Shown here in pieces: positions 36,734 to 46,862 of a stretch of 62,423 bases of DNA. The stretch's first letter is position 1, and each line of letters starts with the position of its first letter. The translations under genes and the position numbers were made by a program. This DNA comes from an uncultured Candidatus Saccharibacteria bacterium (GTDB taxonomy: Bacteria > Patescibacteriota > Minisyncoccia > UBA6257 > Colwellbacteraceae): assembly GCA_964601595.1 (NCBI GenBank), contig CAZRNY010000001.1:1-62423 (forward strand), given 5' to 3'. The notes under the pieces are model-generated. The model was not told the origin of the DNA and ran no database searches. It saw nothing but the letters and a program-made list of their open reading frames with translations.

Positions 36734-38032
36734 ATGGAGAAGCTTATCGTTCGAGGTGGAAAACCGCTCAGAGGTTCCGTAAGAGTGAGGGGTGCGAAGA
36801 ATGCCGTGGGCAAAATGCTTATGGCGAGTCTTCTGACGGAAGAAGAGATCGTTCTGAATAATGTCCCCTTAAATCAGGAGACCGATATCGCGATAGAGCT
36901 TTGTCGGAAGATAGGTAGCGAGATTAATATCAGCGATCATTCGATCTCGATCAAGACCCCGAATATAACAAGCTCCAAGGTACCAGAGCTTTCCCGTAGG
37001 AATAGGATTCCAGTCCTGGCTCTCGGTCCGTTGCTTGCGAGAGCCCACGAAGTGGAAGTTCCTATGGTTGGCGGCGACAAGATTGGTCCGCGTCCGGTTG
37101 ACTTCCATATAGCCGCGCTTGAGAAGATGGGCGCGGAGATAGAGATGAGGAGCTCTACGATGTTTGCGAAAACCGAAGGGCTTCGTGGTGCGGACATCAT
37201 CCTTCCTTATCCTTCGGTCGGCGCGACCGAAAATACTATTCTCGCCGCGGTTCTTGCGAAGGGAAAGACTTCGATTGAGAATGCCGCTACCGAGCCGGAA
37301 ATAACCGATCTTGTTAAGCTACTGCAGAAGATGGGTGCCATCATCGAGTTCGGCGCTAACCGTCATGTGTATATTGAAGGAGTGGAAAAGCTCCATGGAG
37401 CGTCTCATATGCTTCTTCCCGACAGGATCGAGACGGCTTCCTTCGCGATCATGGCTCTCGCGACAGATGGGGATGTATTGGTAGAAGGTGCCGATCAGGA
37501 ACATGTCATCACTTTCCTTAATACCGTTCGCCGTTTGGGAGGGGAATACGAGGTGAAGGATAACGGCATTCGTTTCTTTCGTAACGGCGAACTGAAGTCT
37601 GCTCACATAGAGACGGATACTCATCCCGGATTCGCCACCGATTGGCAACAGCCGCTAGCTGTTTTACTTACTCAGGTAAAGGGTAACTCTATTATTCATG
37701 AGACCGTCTACGAAGATAGGTTTGGCTATACGGAAGACTTAAGGAGGATGGGCGCGGACATCGAGATTGTAACTAAATGTCTGGGCGACCTGCCATGCCG
37801 TTTTCAGGGAAAGATGTTCAATCACAGTGCGATCATTCATGGTCCGACTAAACTTACCGGCGCGAAGCTTGAGATGCGCGATATAAGAGCCGGTATGGCT
37901 CATCTGATCGCTGCGCTTATCGCTGAAGGAGAATCGGAAATAACCGGTGTCGATCATATTGATAGAGGATATGAGGATGTCGATGGGCGCATGCGCTCTC
38001 TCGGAGCAGACATTTCTCGCGTGGAAATATGA
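36734..38032 (+). CDS. murA: UDP-N-acetylglucosamine 1-carboxyvinyltransferase MurA (Asp at the position equivalent to E. coli Cys115)
   Basis: Typical N-terminus (LIVRGGKPLRGSVRVRGAKNA). The active-site loop reads GGDKIGPRPVDFH. Confidence 0.95.
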   Translation: MEKLIVRGGKPLRGSVRVRGAKNAVGKMLMASLLTEEEIVLNNVPLNQETDIAIELCRKIGSEINISDHSISIKTPNITSSKVPELSRRNRIPVLALGPLLARAHEVEVPMVGGDKIGPRPVDFHIAALEKMGAEIEMRSSTMFAKTEGLRGADIILPYPSVGATENTILAAVLAKGKTSIENAATEPEITDLVKLLQKMGAIIEFGANRHVYIEGVEKLHGASHMLLPDRIETASFAIMALATDGDVLVEGADQEHVITFLNTVRRLGGEYEVKDNGIRFFRNGELKSAHIETDTHPGFATDWQQPLAVLLTQVKGNSIIHETVYEDRFGYTEDLRRMGADIEIVTKCLGDLPCRFQGKMFNHSAIIHGPTKLTGAKLEMRDIRAGMAHLIAALIAEGESEITGVDHIDRGYEDVDGRMRSLGADISRVEI

Positions 38033-38080
38033 TTTCCACAGACAGATATATCGCTTATCTGATATAATCAATCTATAAAT

Positions 38081-38638
38081 ATGCCGCGCGTTCCGAAAAA
38101 GAATATAAAGTCTTCCGGTGAAGCGAAGAAAGATGATTTCTTCCCGATTATGTTCTCGGTGATCATAGTCGCTTTTCTTGTCGGGATAGATTTCATAATC
38201 GAGGGTAAGGTCATAAGGCCTATCTCATCGGTATCTGCAGATATGGAAACGGCGGCTGGATTAACTGAAGGTCAGATAACCGCTCCCGTCCTTATGGAGG
38301 TGGAGAATGGTAACGACGAGACCGTCTCTGTCTTTAAGTTCGATCCGGAAAACCCGGAGCCTCAGTGCGATTTTAGGTCAAGTCGCAGCGCCATCCTCTA
38401 TGGCCAGCCAGTTAGGCTTATCTGGAATTGCATTAACGCTGATTCTTGTTCCATTACTGGCGGAGATGAAGAGATCGGTGCCGTAAAGACTTCTAGTTCT
38501 GAAGGACTGGAAATAATACCCAGGAAGAGTGCGCGTTATTTCATGACCTGCTCCAGTGATGAGGGATCAAAGACTTTCGATACATCTATCGGCGTTTTTG
38601 AATTTACCATCAAGGAAGTTCCTCCGCCTGAAGAATAA
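38081..38638 (+). CDS. Hypothetical membrane-anchored protein with a Cys-containing beta-rich ectodomain
   Basis: 185 aa with one TM (FFPIMFSVIIVAFLVGIDFII). Confidence 0.65.
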   Translation: MPRVPKKNIKSSGEAKKDDFFPIMFSVIIVAFLVGIDFIIEGKVIRPISSVSADMETAAGLTEGQITAPVLMEVENGNDETVSVFKFDPENPEPQCDFRSSRSAILYGQPVRLIWNCINADSCSITGGDEEIGAVKTSSSEGLEIIPRKSARYFMTCSSDEGSKTFDTSIGVFEFTIKEVPPPEE

Positions 38639-38651
38639 AGCTTATAAACAG

Positions 38652-38683
38652 AAAAACCCGCGCTTGATTGCGCGGGTTTTTTT
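38652..38683 (+). terminator. Intrinsic terminator
   Basis: AAAAACCCGCGC-TTGATT-GCGCGGGTTTTTTT. Confidence 0.9.
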
Positions 38684-38713
38684 AGTCGCCGTTTTGGGAT
38701 AATATGAACCGAT

Positions 38714-39757
38714 ATGGATCTCGCTTTCGCTATAGTCATAGGAATAATCATCGGAGGTGCGGGTGTTTTCGTGATCTGGCAGATCATGGCCTCCAAGGAG
38801 GCGACTGAGAAGAAAGACCCTGAATCTCTTCTGCTTCTTCAGAATCAGATGGGCGACCTCGTCCGAATGATAGATTCGAAGCTCGGAGAGTTGCCGAAAG
38901 TTATGCAGTCCCAGTTCGGAGAGAGTTCTAGGCTCATTAAAGAGGTAACTCAGGAACTGACGAAGGTAGGAGAGAGTCAGAAACAAGTGATAGGTCTCGC
39001 TGATCAGCTTAAAGGGCTGCAGGATATCCTTAAGAATCCTAAGCAGCGCGGCGTCCTCGGCGAATATTTTCTTGAAGAGACTCTTAAGAATGTCCTTCCT
39101 CCTAATTCGTACGAGATGCAGTACAAGTTCTCGGATGGAGAGATCGTTGACGCTGTTGTCTTTGTAAAAGAGAAGATAATTCCGATAGATTCCAAATTCT
39201 CGCTGGAGAATTATGAACGCATATTAAACGAGCCTGACCCTGCTGCTCGCGAGGTTATCGAGCGTCAGTTTCGGATGGACTTAAAGAACAGAATAGATGA
39301 GACTTCGAAATATGTCCGTCCTTCGGAGAACACGATGGACTTCGCCTTCATGTTTATCCCTTCCGAAGCTATCTACTACGACCTCCTTATAAATAAGGTC
39401 GGCGCGGTAAAGGTCTCTACGAGAGATCTCATCGAATATGCCTTCAAGGAGCGTCATGTGATAATCGTCTCACCGACATCGTTCCTTGCTTATCTTCAGA
39501 CTGTCCTTCAGGGACTCCGCGCTCTTCAGATAGAAGAGTCGGCGAAGGAGATCCAAAAGAGAGTAGAGGAGTTAGGTAAACACCTCAATGTCTATCAAGA
39601 ATATGTTAAGAAGCTGGGCGGACACCTCGGCACAACGGTCAATGCTTATAATCAGGCTTCCAAAGAGCTTGGAAAGATAGACAAAGATGTTCTCCGTATC
39701 ACCGGTACTGCTATGGGCGTAGAGCTCTCGACAGTCGAGAAGCCGGAAGAGGAATAA
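38714..39757 (+). CDS. rmuC: DNA recombination protein RmuC
   Basis: N-terminal TM, coiled coil and the nuclease-like core (VDAVVFVKEKIIPIDSKFSLENY, DFAFMFIPSEAIY). Confidence 0.85.
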   Translation: MDLAFAIVIGIIIGGAGVFVIWQIMASKEATEKKDPESLLLLQNQMGDLVRMIDSKLGELPKVMQSQFGESSRLIKEVTQELTKVGESQKQVIGLADQLKGLQDILKNPKQRGVLGEYFLEETLKNVLPPNSYEMQYKFSDGEIVDAVVFVKEKIIPIDSKFSLENYERILNEPDPAAREVIERQFRMDLKNRIDETSKYVRPSENTMDFAFMFIPSEAIYYDLLINKVGAVKVSTRDLIEYAFKERHVIIVSPTSFLAYLQTVLQGLRALQIEESAKEIQKRVEELGKHLNVYQEYVKKLGGHLGTTVNAYNQASKELGKIDKDVLRITGTAMGVELSTVEKPEEE

Positions 39758-39769
39758 TATGAATTAAGA

Positions 39770-39802
39770 AAAGAGCCCCCGTGATTTGGGGGCTCTTTTA
39801 TT
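39770..39802 (+). terminator. Intrinsic terminator
   Basis: AAAGAGCCCCC-GTGATTT-GGGGGCTCTTT followed by TATTTT. Confidence 0.85.
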
Positions 39803-39923
39803 TTGACAAAATCATATTTATATGTCATATTTAAAAAACGAAGGATATCTGCTTGGAACTCATTCGTTCTAGTAATGTTCTTTTAAAAATAAATACATTG
39901 AAGTTAAAAAAGGAGGTTGTATC

Positions 39924-40499
39924 GTGTCTAGATGTTGTATTCCCGAAAAGTTTCGGAGTATAGGAGACCTTTTATGGGCAATTCGCTTCGTTTTTCGTAA
40001 AGGACCGAAGTATTTTATGGAAGATAGGCTCACTGGTCTCATGCAGTCGGACGCTTTTCAGGAAAAAGCGGTCTCGCTTATGAAGTTGATTCATCGATCT
40101 AATGATCCGAATAAGTTTGTATCTGTTGTATTGGCGGATATGATCGGTTTGAAGCAAAAGAACGAGGAGGGCGGTCATGAAAATGGCGATAGGGCTCTCA
40201 AGCGTTCAGCAGAGATATTCACTCATATTTGCCGAGATTTCGATTTGATTGGTCGTTGGCACATGCGCGGCGACGAATTCATCATCATTCTTCCTTTTAC
40301 GGACAGCGGAGGAGCCGAGAGTTTCATATCAAGGCTTTCTGAAACCCTGAGTGCTGAAGGGATCCCATTCCATTTCGGTTTCGTATCGGCTAGATGCTCG
40401 GGTGTGGAAACTGATTGGCACGAATTCCTCAAAGATCTTGAGATAGAGGCTGATAGGCTGCTTATGGATAGCAGAGAAAGAAAAAAGGTCCAAGCCTGA
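39924..40499 (+). CDS. Minimal GGDEF-domain protein with a degenerate RGDEF motif
   Basis: The GTG start is preceded by AAAGGAGG. The translation contains LTGL...VVLADMIGLKQKNEEGGHENGDRAL...RDFDLIGRWHMRGDEFIIILP. Confidence 0.75.
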   Translation: MSRCCIPEKFRSIGDLLWAIRFVFRKGPKYFMEDRLTGLMQSDAFQEKAVSLMKLIHRSNDPNKFVSVVLADMIGLKQKNEEGGHENGDRALKRSAEIFTHICRDFDLIGRWHMRGDEFIIILPFTDSGGAESFISRLSETLSAEGIPFHFGFVSARCSGVETDWHEFLKDLEIEADRLLMDSRERKKVQA

Positions 40500-40568
40500 T
40501 ATGAAGGTATGGACAGGATAGCCCTGGCGTAAGTCGGGGCTTTTTTATATCTCCGATTGTTGGGATAA

Positions 40569-41177
40569 TTGAGCCGTATGGAGGAAACAAAAAGATATAT
40601 GCTCATGAAGAGAATCGGCCTGTTCGGCCATGTCCCTTTTGCCAATCTGGTTATCCTCTCCGGTTCCTGCGCTATGGATAAGGATGATGATCAATCTGAT
40701 TTTGATGTGATCGTTGTCGCGATGAAAGGGAGAGTTTGGACCGTAAGATTCTTTTCTCTTCTTTTTGCCGATATCATCCGCGTCAGGAATAAGGGTAACG
40801 GTCACGATAAGGACAAGCTTTGTATGAGCCTCTTTCTTGGCGAAGACAATCTTTCTATGGGAATTCCTTCGAATGATTATGAGAAGGATCTTTTTCCGGT
40901 TCTCCGCCCTCTTATAGGTAACCCTTCTCTTAGTAAGAATTTCTGTCTGGAGAACGGTTTGTTCCCCGTTTCTCCGGAAAAAGACATAAGGAAATCGTTC
41001 ATGAGGAGAGCTTTCGAGGCTGCCCTGAAAGGATCTTTCGGAGATCGCTTCGAATCGTTCGTAAGGGATATCCAGGAAAAGAAAATCCGTCATTTCATTG
41101 CCTCTCTCGGCAGTGATACGAGAAGCAGGATCATCGTTTCAGGAAACAGGGCCGAGACCCACTTCTATATAGATTGA
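40569..41177 (+). CDS. Nucleotidyltransferase (Pol-beta superfamily) domain protein
   Basis: The GS...DxD pattern is LSGSCAMDKDDDQSDFDVIVV. I prefer the + ORF over the overlapping - ORF 40545-41093 on motif content and gene orientation. Confidence 0.55.
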   Translation: MSRMEETKRYMLMKRIGLFGHVPFANLVILSGSCAMDKDDDQSDFDVIVVAMKGRVWTVRFFSLLFADIIRVRNKGNGHDKDKLCMSLFLGEDNLSMGIPSNDYEKDLFPVLRPLIGNPSLSKNFCLENGLFPVSPEKDIRKSFMRRAFEAALKGSFGDRFESFVRDIQEKKIRHFIASLGSDTRSRIIVSGNRAETHFYID

Positions 41178-41254
41178 GACAGAACTTGAAAGATTATTCA
41201 GGATAAGTTATCACTCATGCAGTTATTTGAATAAAAGAAGAAGGTTGGTATCTG

Positions 41255-41899
41255 ATGGCTGAAGTGATTGGTATTATTGCTTATGAGAAACAAGCGGATC
41301 TCTGGACAAGATTTCGTAATGGGGATTACGAAGCGAGAAACGAGCTTATTGAAGCGAATGTTCGCCTTGTCTGGCACACGGTCAAATCCTTTAAAGAAGT
41401 GGCTGTGGATCCGGATGATCTGGGCGGTTGGGGTATTATAGGTCTCATAAAGGCCGTCGATACCTTTAACTGTTCCTTTGGAACGAAATTTTCTTCTTAT
41501 GCTTGCCGATGTATCAGGAACGAGATAATGATGGCTCTGCGTGCCGAGAAGAAGATAACATTCGGATGGAAAATGGAATCCATCGACGATGAGATATCTT
41601 CAGAGAAGAATGAGAATATAAGCATATCTCTCCACGACATACTTCCTTCGGGAATGGATATCGAGGGAAATGCTATAGGAAGCTCTCTTGAGCATGATGT
41701 ACGCAGATGTTTCCATGAAGATCTAGAAGAAAGAGAAAAAAATATTCTCTGGCTGAGAAACAGCTTCTGGTCTCTTGATTCTGATAGGACACAGCGGGAA
41801 GTCGCGGAAATGCTCGGTATTTCGACATCGTATGTGTCTCGGATAGAGAAAAGAGCGAAGAAAAAGATCGCGGAAAGCGTCATAAGCGCATACTGCTGA
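41255..41899 (+). CDS. Alternative sigma-70 family sigma factor (group 3-like)
   Basis: Region 2 is ELIEANVRLVWHTVKSF...GLIKAVDTF...KFSSYACRCIRNEI. Region 4 HTH is TQREVAEMLGISTSYVSRIEKRAKKKI. Confidence 0.85.
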   Translation: MAEVIGIIAYEKQADLWTRFRNGDYEARNELIEANVRLVWHTVKSFKEVAVDPDDLGGWGIIGLIKAVDTFNCSFGTKFSSYACRCIRNEIMMALRAEKKITFGWKMESIDDEISSEKNENISISLHDILPSGMDIEGNAIGSSLEHDVRRCFHEDLEEREKNILWLRNSFWSLDSDRTQREVAEMLGISTSYVSRIEKRAKKKIAESVISAYC

Positions 41900-41911
41900 T
41901 ATTGGCTTTTG

Positions 41912-41935
41912 ATCCCTCATCATTGGGGGATTTTT
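41912..41935 (+). terminator. Weak terminator-like hairpin after the sigma gene
   Basis: ATCCC-N10-GGGAT followed by T5. Confidence 0.4.
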
Positions 41936-41936
41936 A

Positions 41937-41964
41937 TTGACATGACGGGCTCGAAAGATAGAAT
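41937..41964 (+). promoter_or_regulatory. Near-consensus sigma-70-type promoter of groES-groEL
   Basis: TTGACA (41937-41942), N16, TAGAAT (41959-41964). The groES ATG is at 41975. Confidence 0.55.
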
Positions 41965-41974
41965 ATAAGCTGTA

Positions 41975-42268
41975 ATGAACATTAAGCCTCTGTCGAACCA
42001 TATATTCCTTGAGCCCGCGGAAGAGGAAAAAGTCACCAAATCTGGCATCGTTATTCCCGACTCTGCGGATAAAGAACGCCCCGTCAAAGGGAAGGTCCTG
42101 GCCATCGGTCCGGGAAAAAGGAACGACAAAGGGGAGATAATCCCTATGTCAGTCGCGATCGGCGACCTTGTCTTGTTCCGCAAATATGGACCGGATGAAA
42201 TAGAAATAGACGCCAAGAAATATCTTGTCGGAAGCGAGGATGATATCCTTGCCGTAATAGAGCTCTAA
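41975..42268 (+). CDS. groES: Co-chaperonin GroES
   Basis: IKPLSNHIFLEP...KSGIVIPDSA...GKVLAIGPG. Confidence 0.95.
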   Translation: MNIKPLSNHIFLEPAEEEKVTKSGIVIPDSADKERPVKGKVLAIGPGKRNDKGEIIPMSVAIGDLVLFRKYGPDEIEIDAKKYLVGSEDDILAVIEL

Positions 42269-42282
42269 GAGCGGGTCGCTGA

Positions 42283-43947
<1,665 letters not shown>

Positions 43948-43958
43948 GGATTAAATTA

Positions 43959-43981
43959 GAAACCCCTTCGGGGGTTTTTAA
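43959..43981 (+). terminator. Intrinsic terminator
   Basis: AAACCCC-TTCG-GGGGTTTTTA. Confidence 0.85.
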
Positions 43982-44046
43982 TTTAAGGACAATAAGTGTT
44001 TTTTATGGTAAAATCAGCCTCATAAAAAGAAATATAAAGCAAAAAA

Positions 44047-44607
44047 ATGCCTAGCCCTCTTATAACGATCGCTCTTATAGCTGGAATAGTGATTGTTTGG
44101 ATTATAGCGACATACAATCGTTTGATCGCGTTAAGAGTCCGTTCGGAAGAAGCTCTTTCCGATATTGATGTTCAGCTGAAGCGTCGCTTCGATCTCATCC
44201 CTAACCTCATTGAGACGGTTAAGGGGTACGCGAAGCATGAAGATTCCGTCTTCCAGAAGGTGACTGAGGCGAGAGCCGCTGTCGCTAAATCAGATGGCAA
44301 CCCCATCGACAGAGCCGCCGCCGAGAACGAGTTGTCCGGCACTCTCAAGACTCTTTTCGCCGTTGCTGAGAATTATCCTGACCTTAAGGCAAATACCAAC
44401 TTTCTCGAACTTCAGAGAGAGGTTTCCGATACTGAGAATAAGATCCAGGCTTCTCGCCGTTTCTACAATGGAAATGTCCGCGAGATGGGTATCGTCGTCC
44501 ACACTTTTCCTTCGAACGTAATCGCGAATATGTTCGGCTTTAAGGAACTCGCTTTCTTTGAAGTCGGATCAGAAGAGGAGAGGAAGAATATCAAAGTTCA
44601 GTTCTAA
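44047..44607 (+). CDS. lemA: LemA family protein
   Basis: N-terminal TM, plus YNRLIALR..., DVQLKRRFDLIPNL and FYNGNVRE. Confidence 0.9.
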   Translation: MPSPLITIALIAGIVIVWIIATYNRLIALRVRSEEALSDIDVQLKRRFDLIPNLIETVKGYAKHEDSVFQKVTEARAAVAKSDGNPIDRAAAENELSGTLKTLFAVAENYPDLKANTNFLELQREVSDTENKIQASRRFYNGNVREMGIVVHTFPSNVIANMFGFKELAFFEVGSEEERKNIKVQF

Positions 44608-44621
44608 TAGAGCGCTAAGCT

Positions 44622-45506
44622 ATGGCTGTTGCATACGATTATAAGGATTCGAACATTAGGAAAACTTGGGTGCTGATTACTGGATTTCTCGTCCTCTTCA
44701 TCGCTTTCGGCTGGTTGTTGAGCAGAGTATATGAGATGCCGGGAATTCTATATGCCATGTCCGCGTTCAGCGTCGTGGCGAGCATCGTAAGCTATTGGTT
44801 TTCCGATAAGATTGTCATCGCTTCGACTAGAGCAAAGGAAGTAGACAGGAGGAGTAATCCAGAACTTTATCGTATTGTCGAAAATCTCTCGATTACCGCC
44901 GGGCTGCCTATGCCGCGCGTCTATGTCGTTCCTGAAGCCGCTCCGAACGCTTTCGCTACCGGACGCGATCCTTCTCATGCGGCTGTAGCCGTAACCGAAG
45001 GATTGCTCCAAATACTCGATAGGACAGAGCTCGAAGGAGTCATCGCTCATGAGCTCTCTCATGTAGGTAATAGGGATATACTGATCGGTACCGTCATCGT
45101 TGTTTTGGTCGGCATGCTCTCCACTGTTTCCGATATCTTCTTGCGGAGTAGCATCTTCCGCAGCCGTGATGACGATAAGGATAAGGGTGTGCTTGCCATC
45201 CTCTCGATCGTTGCCGCTATAATCGCGCCTATCGCGGCTGCCCTTATCCATCTTTCCATATCGAGAAAGAGGGAATTCCTGGCTGATGCTTCTGGAGCTC
45301 TTCTTACTAGGTATCCGGAAGGCCTAGCGAATGCCCTGGTTAAGATCTCGAGCAGTAGGCTACCTATGACGCATGCCTCGAGTGCTACCGCTCATCTTTG
45401 GCTCGCAAGCCCCTTCAAGGGCAAAGGATCGGGCATAGAGAAGCTGTTTATGACTCACCCTCCCATCGAGGAAAGGATTGCAGCCCTGAAACAGATGTCT
45501 TTGTAG
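44622..45506 (+). CDS. htpX: Zinc metalloprotease HtpX (M48)
   Basis: HELSHVGNRD (HExxH), four TM segments and a C-terminal MTHPPIEERI. Confidence 0.92.
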   Translation: MAVAYDYKDSNIRKTWVLITGFLVLFIAFGWLLSRVYEMPGILYAMSAFSVVASIVSYWFSDKIVIASTRAKEVDRRSNPELYRIVENLSITAGLPMPRVYVVPEAAPNAFATGRDPSHAAVAVTEGLLQILDRTELEGVIAHELSHVGNRDILIGTVIVVLVGMLSTVSDIFLRSSIFRSRDDDKDKGVLAILSIVAAIIAPIAAALIHLSISRKREFLADASGALLTRYPEGLANALVKISSSRLPMTHASSATAHLWLASPFKGKGSGIEKLFMTHPPIEERIAALKQMSL

Positions 45507-45516
45507 ATTTTCTTTT

Positions 45517-45545
45517 AAAAACCAGCCCGTCGGGCTGGTTTTTAT
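45517..45545 (+). terminator. Intrinsic terminator
   Basis: AAAAACCAGCCC-GTC-GGGCTGGTTTTTA. Confidence 0.85.
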
Positions 45546-45566
45546 TTACGGGAAAACATAAAAGGT

Positions 45567-45685
45567 AAGGGATTCGTCTCAAGTCGTTTTTCTTCCCGTC
45601 GGAAGAAAAAAACGCTTTCGACCCCGCCCCTCCCTCGGTTTTTCTGCTGAAAAACCTTCAGTCCGGTGTTCGAATCCCTTTTTCT
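45567..45685. other. Structured intergenic element (three-way junction with a C-rich single-stranded linker); candidate small RNA, strand unresolved
   Basis: P1 is AAGGGATTCG (45567-76) paired with CGAATCCCTT (45671-80). P2 is CGTTTTTCTTCC-CGTC-GGAAGAAAAAAACG (45585-614). P3 is GGTTTTTC-TGCT-GAAAAACC (45637-56). The linker is CTTTCGACCCCGCCCCTCCCTC, and a T5 run follows P1 on the + strand. Confidence 0.3.
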
Positions 45686-45695
45686 ATCCATAAAC

Positions 45696-45734
45696 AAACT
45701 GCCCTCAATTGCTTACGCAATTAAGGGCAGTTTC
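45696..45734 (-). terminator. Hairpin terminator downstream of tRNA-Ser (bidirectional geometry)
   Basis: CTGCCCTCAATTGC-TTAC-GCAATTAAGGGCAG flanked by AAA and TTT. Confidence 0.7.
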
Positions 45735-45738
45735 TTTG

Positions 45739-45823
45739 CGGAGGGGAAGGGATTCGAACCCTTGATGCCTTGCGGCATACACGCTTTCCAAGCGAGCGCA
45801 CTAGGCCACTATGCGACCCCTCC
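45739..45823 (-). tRNA. tRNA-Ser (anticodon GGA), class II with a long variable arm; CCA not encoded
   Basis: The reverse complement reads GGAGGGG-TC-GCAT..., with anticodon loop TTGGAAA, variable arm ATGCC-GCAA-GGCAT, T-arm AAGGG-TTCGAAT-CCCTT, acceptor 3' strand CCCCTCC and discriminator G. There is one U-U mismatch in the anticodon stem. Confidence 0.85.
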
Positions 45824-45982
45824 TACAACCTGTCTTTTATACCAAAACGAGTCAGATTATTCAATCATCCGGAGAGTCTTTAGCCTATAGCTCCTGGCTG
45901 GCTATGGATTCCTTCCAGATAACCATTTTCTTCTTATTTATATATAATTAACCCATATTCTGAGCTGTTTCGGACAACTAAG

Positions 45983-46648
45983 ATGAACCTTCTTATAGTA
46001 GACGACGACATAGAGATAGCAAATACATTAAAATCCCTCCTAAAAAAAGAAGGGCTTGATGTCGATCTCGCCTTCGATGGCGAAGCGGGTTCCTTTAAAG
46101 CGCGCACGAATGTATACGATCTCATTATTCTCGACAATGTTATGCCGAAAAAAGAAGGCTCCGTTGTCTGTCTGGAGATAAGAGAAAAGGGAATCAATAC
46201 CCCGATAATAATGTTATCTGCATTATCTGAAGCAGATACGAAAGTAGACCTATTAGATAGTGGCGCAGACGACTATATCACTAAGCCTTTTCATTTTGAT
46301 GAGCTGATGGCAAGGACAAGAGCGCTTCTTCGTCGGCCGAAAGAGATAGAGAGTGAAATCATCAATATAGGTGATCTCGTGATTGATCGCGGTAAACATA
46401 TGGTTTCTCGCAACGGGGAAGAGATATCGCTGACGAGTAGGGAATTCAACTTGCTTGAATATCTGGCAAAGAACAGAGGGATGGCCATGTCGAGAGCAAT
46501 GATCATGAGTCATGTCTGGGATGTAGAGGCGGATCCTTTTTCCAATACCCTAGAGACGCACATCCTTAATCTCAGGAAGAAGACGAGTAAAGGAGATGAT
46601 AGCGACCTTATCCGTACGGTCGCGAAGATAGGGTATAAGATCGACTAG
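45983..46648 (+). CDS. OmpR/PhoB-family response regulator
   Basis: Receiver domain (LIVDDD, LIILDNVMP) plus a winged-helix output domain (LTSREFNLLEYLAKN..., VAKIGYKI). Confidence 0.92.
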   Translation: MNLLIVDDDIEIANTLKSLLKKEGLDVDLAFDGEAGSFKARTNVYDLIILDNVMPKKEGSVVCLEIREKGINTPIIMLSALSEADTKVDLLDSGADDYITKPFHFDELMARTRALLRRPKEIESEIINIGDLVIDRGKHMVSRNGEEISLTSREFNLLEYLAKNRGMAMSRAMIMSHVWDVEADPFSNTLETHILNLRKKTSKGDDSDLIRTVAKIGYKID

Positions 46649-46862
46649 AATCAGATGCTATCATTAAAGAGGAGGGAAAGGTCGGAAAAATCATATAGCA
46701 TATACATGAATAAGCTGATAAAAGAAATTCTTGTCAGTAAGAAGGCGAGAAGCAATGCGTCCTTGATGGCTCTGATAGTCACTATGGTAAGTGTTGGTTC
46801 CCCCTGGAGTTAATTGTCCATTCTCGTGAAGCTCAAGAGAAGCTCTTTATTCTTTAATCAAT

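Noticed and set aside
41900-41974. Looked for a CIRCE operator upstream of groES
   Set aside because: There is no TTAGCACTC-N9-GAGTGCTAA-like inverted repeat. The absence is noted in a finding rather than called as a feature.
45666-45680. GGTGTTCGAATCCC resembling a tRNA T-arm, raising the possibility of a second tRNA or tmRNA end
   Set aside because: The flanks do not form a 5-bp T stem, and no acceptor, D or anticodon arms could be built. The segment is better explained as one strand of the 10-bp closing stem of the structured element.
45666-45890. 74-aa + strand ORF
   Set aside because: It runs straight across the tRNA-Ser gene on the opposite strand, so it is not coding.
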